In this document: positions 62,260 to 64,000 of the stretch, piece by piece
Layout of the letters: the number at the start of each line of letters is the position of its first letter
Numbering within the stretch: the stretch's first letter is position 1
Program-made: the position numbers and the translations under genes
The notes under the pieces: model-generated
Databases searched by the model: none
Told to the model about the DNA's origin: nothing
The model's input: the letters and a program-made list of their open reading frames with translations, nothing else
From: an uncultured Gemmatimonadaceae bacterium
GTDB lineage: Bacteria; Gemmatimonadota; Gemmatimonadetes; Gemmatimonadales; Gemmatimonadaceae
Direction of reading: 5' to 3'
Length of the DNA: 64,000 bases
NCBI GenBank assembly: GCA_963829055.1
Contig: CAWHHI010000004.1
Coordinates: 288,001 to 352,000 of the forward strand

Positions 62260-62666
62260 CGATCGTCGCGGATCGACGCGTACGGATCACTGCGCCTCGG
62301 CCGGTGCGAACTACGATCGGACGGATCTGTACTGCGAGACGACCGGACCGGCTTTGCATTCACGCATCTGCGGCGCTCGCGGCTCGCGTGGGAACGGCGA
62401 TGACGCGGATGACGCGGAAGAAGCAGGATACTGCTCGATCAGGTGTGGCCCCTCTCGCAACGAGCCGGGCATTCGTTGGGAACGGCCGCGTCGGGACGCA
62501 GCAGTCTCGACCGAGACGGCCGTTCACTCTTTCATCACGCCGCGGCGAGCAGCCAGCATCGATGCAAAGTCGTATCCGGCTCGTTTTCGCGTGTCAGTCC
62601 GCGACCAATCGTAGTTCCCACCGGCTACGGCGCATCGCATCCGTACGCGTCGATCCGCGCCGATCG
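62260..62666. repeat. About 400-bp intergenic fold-back element with about 130-bp imperfect inverted arms
   Basis: 62267-62287 CGCGGATCGACGCGTACGGAT is the exact reverse complement of 62639-62659; similarity continues inward to about 62390/62536. Confidence 0.8.
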
Positions 62667-62717
62667 CAGTCCTCGGGTTCCCGGTATCGCGCGTTCTCAG
62701 GTGTTGATTCACGCACC

Positions 62718-64000
62718 ATGACTGACCGGATTCGAACACGCTTCCTGATCGTTGGAAGCGGCGTCGCCGGGCTGCACACCGCGTGGCGCGCGTCGCAGAC
62801 CGATGACGTTCTCGTCGTCACCAAGCGATCGCTGTTCGACAGCGCGACCGCCTACGCGCAGGGCGGGATCGCCGCCGCGCTCGGCGCCGGAGATTCGCCC
62901 GAGCTCCACCGGAAGGACACGCTCGCCGCCGGCGCCGCGTTATGCGACGCCGCCGCCGTCGAGGTGCTCGTCGAGGAAGGGCCCGCGCGCGTGCGCGAGC
63001 TGCAGACCGCCGGCGCACGCTTCGACCTCGGCTCCGACGGCAAGCTCAAGCTCGGCAAGGAAGCGGCGCACTCGCGCAATCGCATCGTGCACGCGCACGG
63101 CGATCAGACCGGCGCCGAAGTCGCGCGCACGCTGAGCGCGCGCGTGCAGGAGAGCGAGCGCGTCGCCGTCTTCGAGAAGACGCGTGTCCTCGATCTCATC
63201 GTCGATCGCGGCCGCTGCTGCGGCGTGCGCGCGAGCGTCGCCGGCCGCGCGGTCGAGATCATCGCCGACGCCACCGTGCTCGCGACCGGCGGCTGCGGTC
63301 AGGTCTATCGCTACACGACGAACCCCGTCGTCGCGACCGGCGACGGCTTCGCGATCGCGCACCGCGCCGGCGTGAAGCTCGCGGACATGGAGTTCGTGCA
63401 GTTCCATCCGACCGCGCTCGACACGCCCGAGAATCCGCTCGCGCTCATCTCCGAGGCGGTGCGCGGTGAAGGTGCCGATGCTGCTCAACGCCGACGGCGA
63501 GCGATTCATGCGCGACCGGCATCGCCTCGCCGAGCTCGCGCCGCGCGACGTCGTGGCGCGCGCGATCTTCCGGGAGCAGGCCGGGCGGTCGGAAGGTCTA
63601 TCTCGACGCGCGACAAGCTCGGGATCCGGCTTCAAGAAGCGATTTCCCGGGATCTACGCGCTGTGCAAGGCGCGCGGCATCGATCCGTCGCGACAGCTGA
63701 TTCCGGTCACGCCGGCAGCGCACTACATGATGGGCGGCGTCGTCGTCGACCTCACGGGTCGCTCGTCGCTCAAGCGACTCTACGCCTGCGGCGAGGTGTC
63801 GCGCACTGGCGTGCACGGCGCGAATCGTCTCGCCTCCAACTCGCTGCTCGAGGGGCTCGTGTTCGCCGAGCGGGTCGCGCGCGATCTCGTGCAGACGCCG
63901 AAGCTCGCGCGCGGTGCCGCGCAAGCAGAGTTGGCGCGTGCCGCCGCTCGCCGATCGCGGCGCGGCGCAGGTGGCGGCGGACGAGATTCGCCTCGTGATG
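62718..64000 (+). CDS. nadB: L-aspartate oxidase (frame breaks; truncated at window end)
   Basis: [97 protein letters not shown]. Confidence 0.95.

Noticed and set aside
62304..62717. 138-aa N-terminal extension of NadB
   Set aside because: It is an open frame through the fold-back element; NadB homology starts at ATG 62718.

Overview
GC-rich (roughly 67-69% by eye) bacterial chromosomal fragment, most likely Gemmatimonadota; this is inferred from the SARP/BTAD-TPR regulator, SusC/SusD pair, plug-only lipoprotein and repeat style, with no marker gene present. It holds about 43 protein-coding genes; I found no rRNA, tRNA, CRISPR array, transposase or integrase. Single-base frame breaks are dense at about 4.6-11.8 kb and 35.8-64 kb but rare at 12.4-35.5 kb, which points to long-read assembly indels, so most broken genes are called as intact genes with approximate ends. 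Main blocks: Rv0249c-type SDH anchor, recQ, msrPQ and a globin; a LacI-controlled 9-gene operon (atypical KAS III, two acyl-CoA ligases, SSS symporter, MaoC hydratase, TonB-dependent receptor, PHB-depolymerase-family esterase); a multi-HAMP hybrid kinase/cheR/cheB/kinase cluster; sucA; a PIG-L protein; ndh; an ANTAR regulator; a BMP-type ABC transporter; susC/susD; nadB. Most unusual signals: (1) the heptamer CGTTAGG/CCTAACG occurs 41 times by manual count, on both strands and in several reading frames, imposing rare codons; (2) a candidate polyester (PHB) utilisation locus whose KAS III lacks the catalytic His and Asn; (3) two long imperfect inverted-repeat structures, one enclosing a whole gene; (4) nested REP-like and heptamer-array hairpins, some inside coding sequence.
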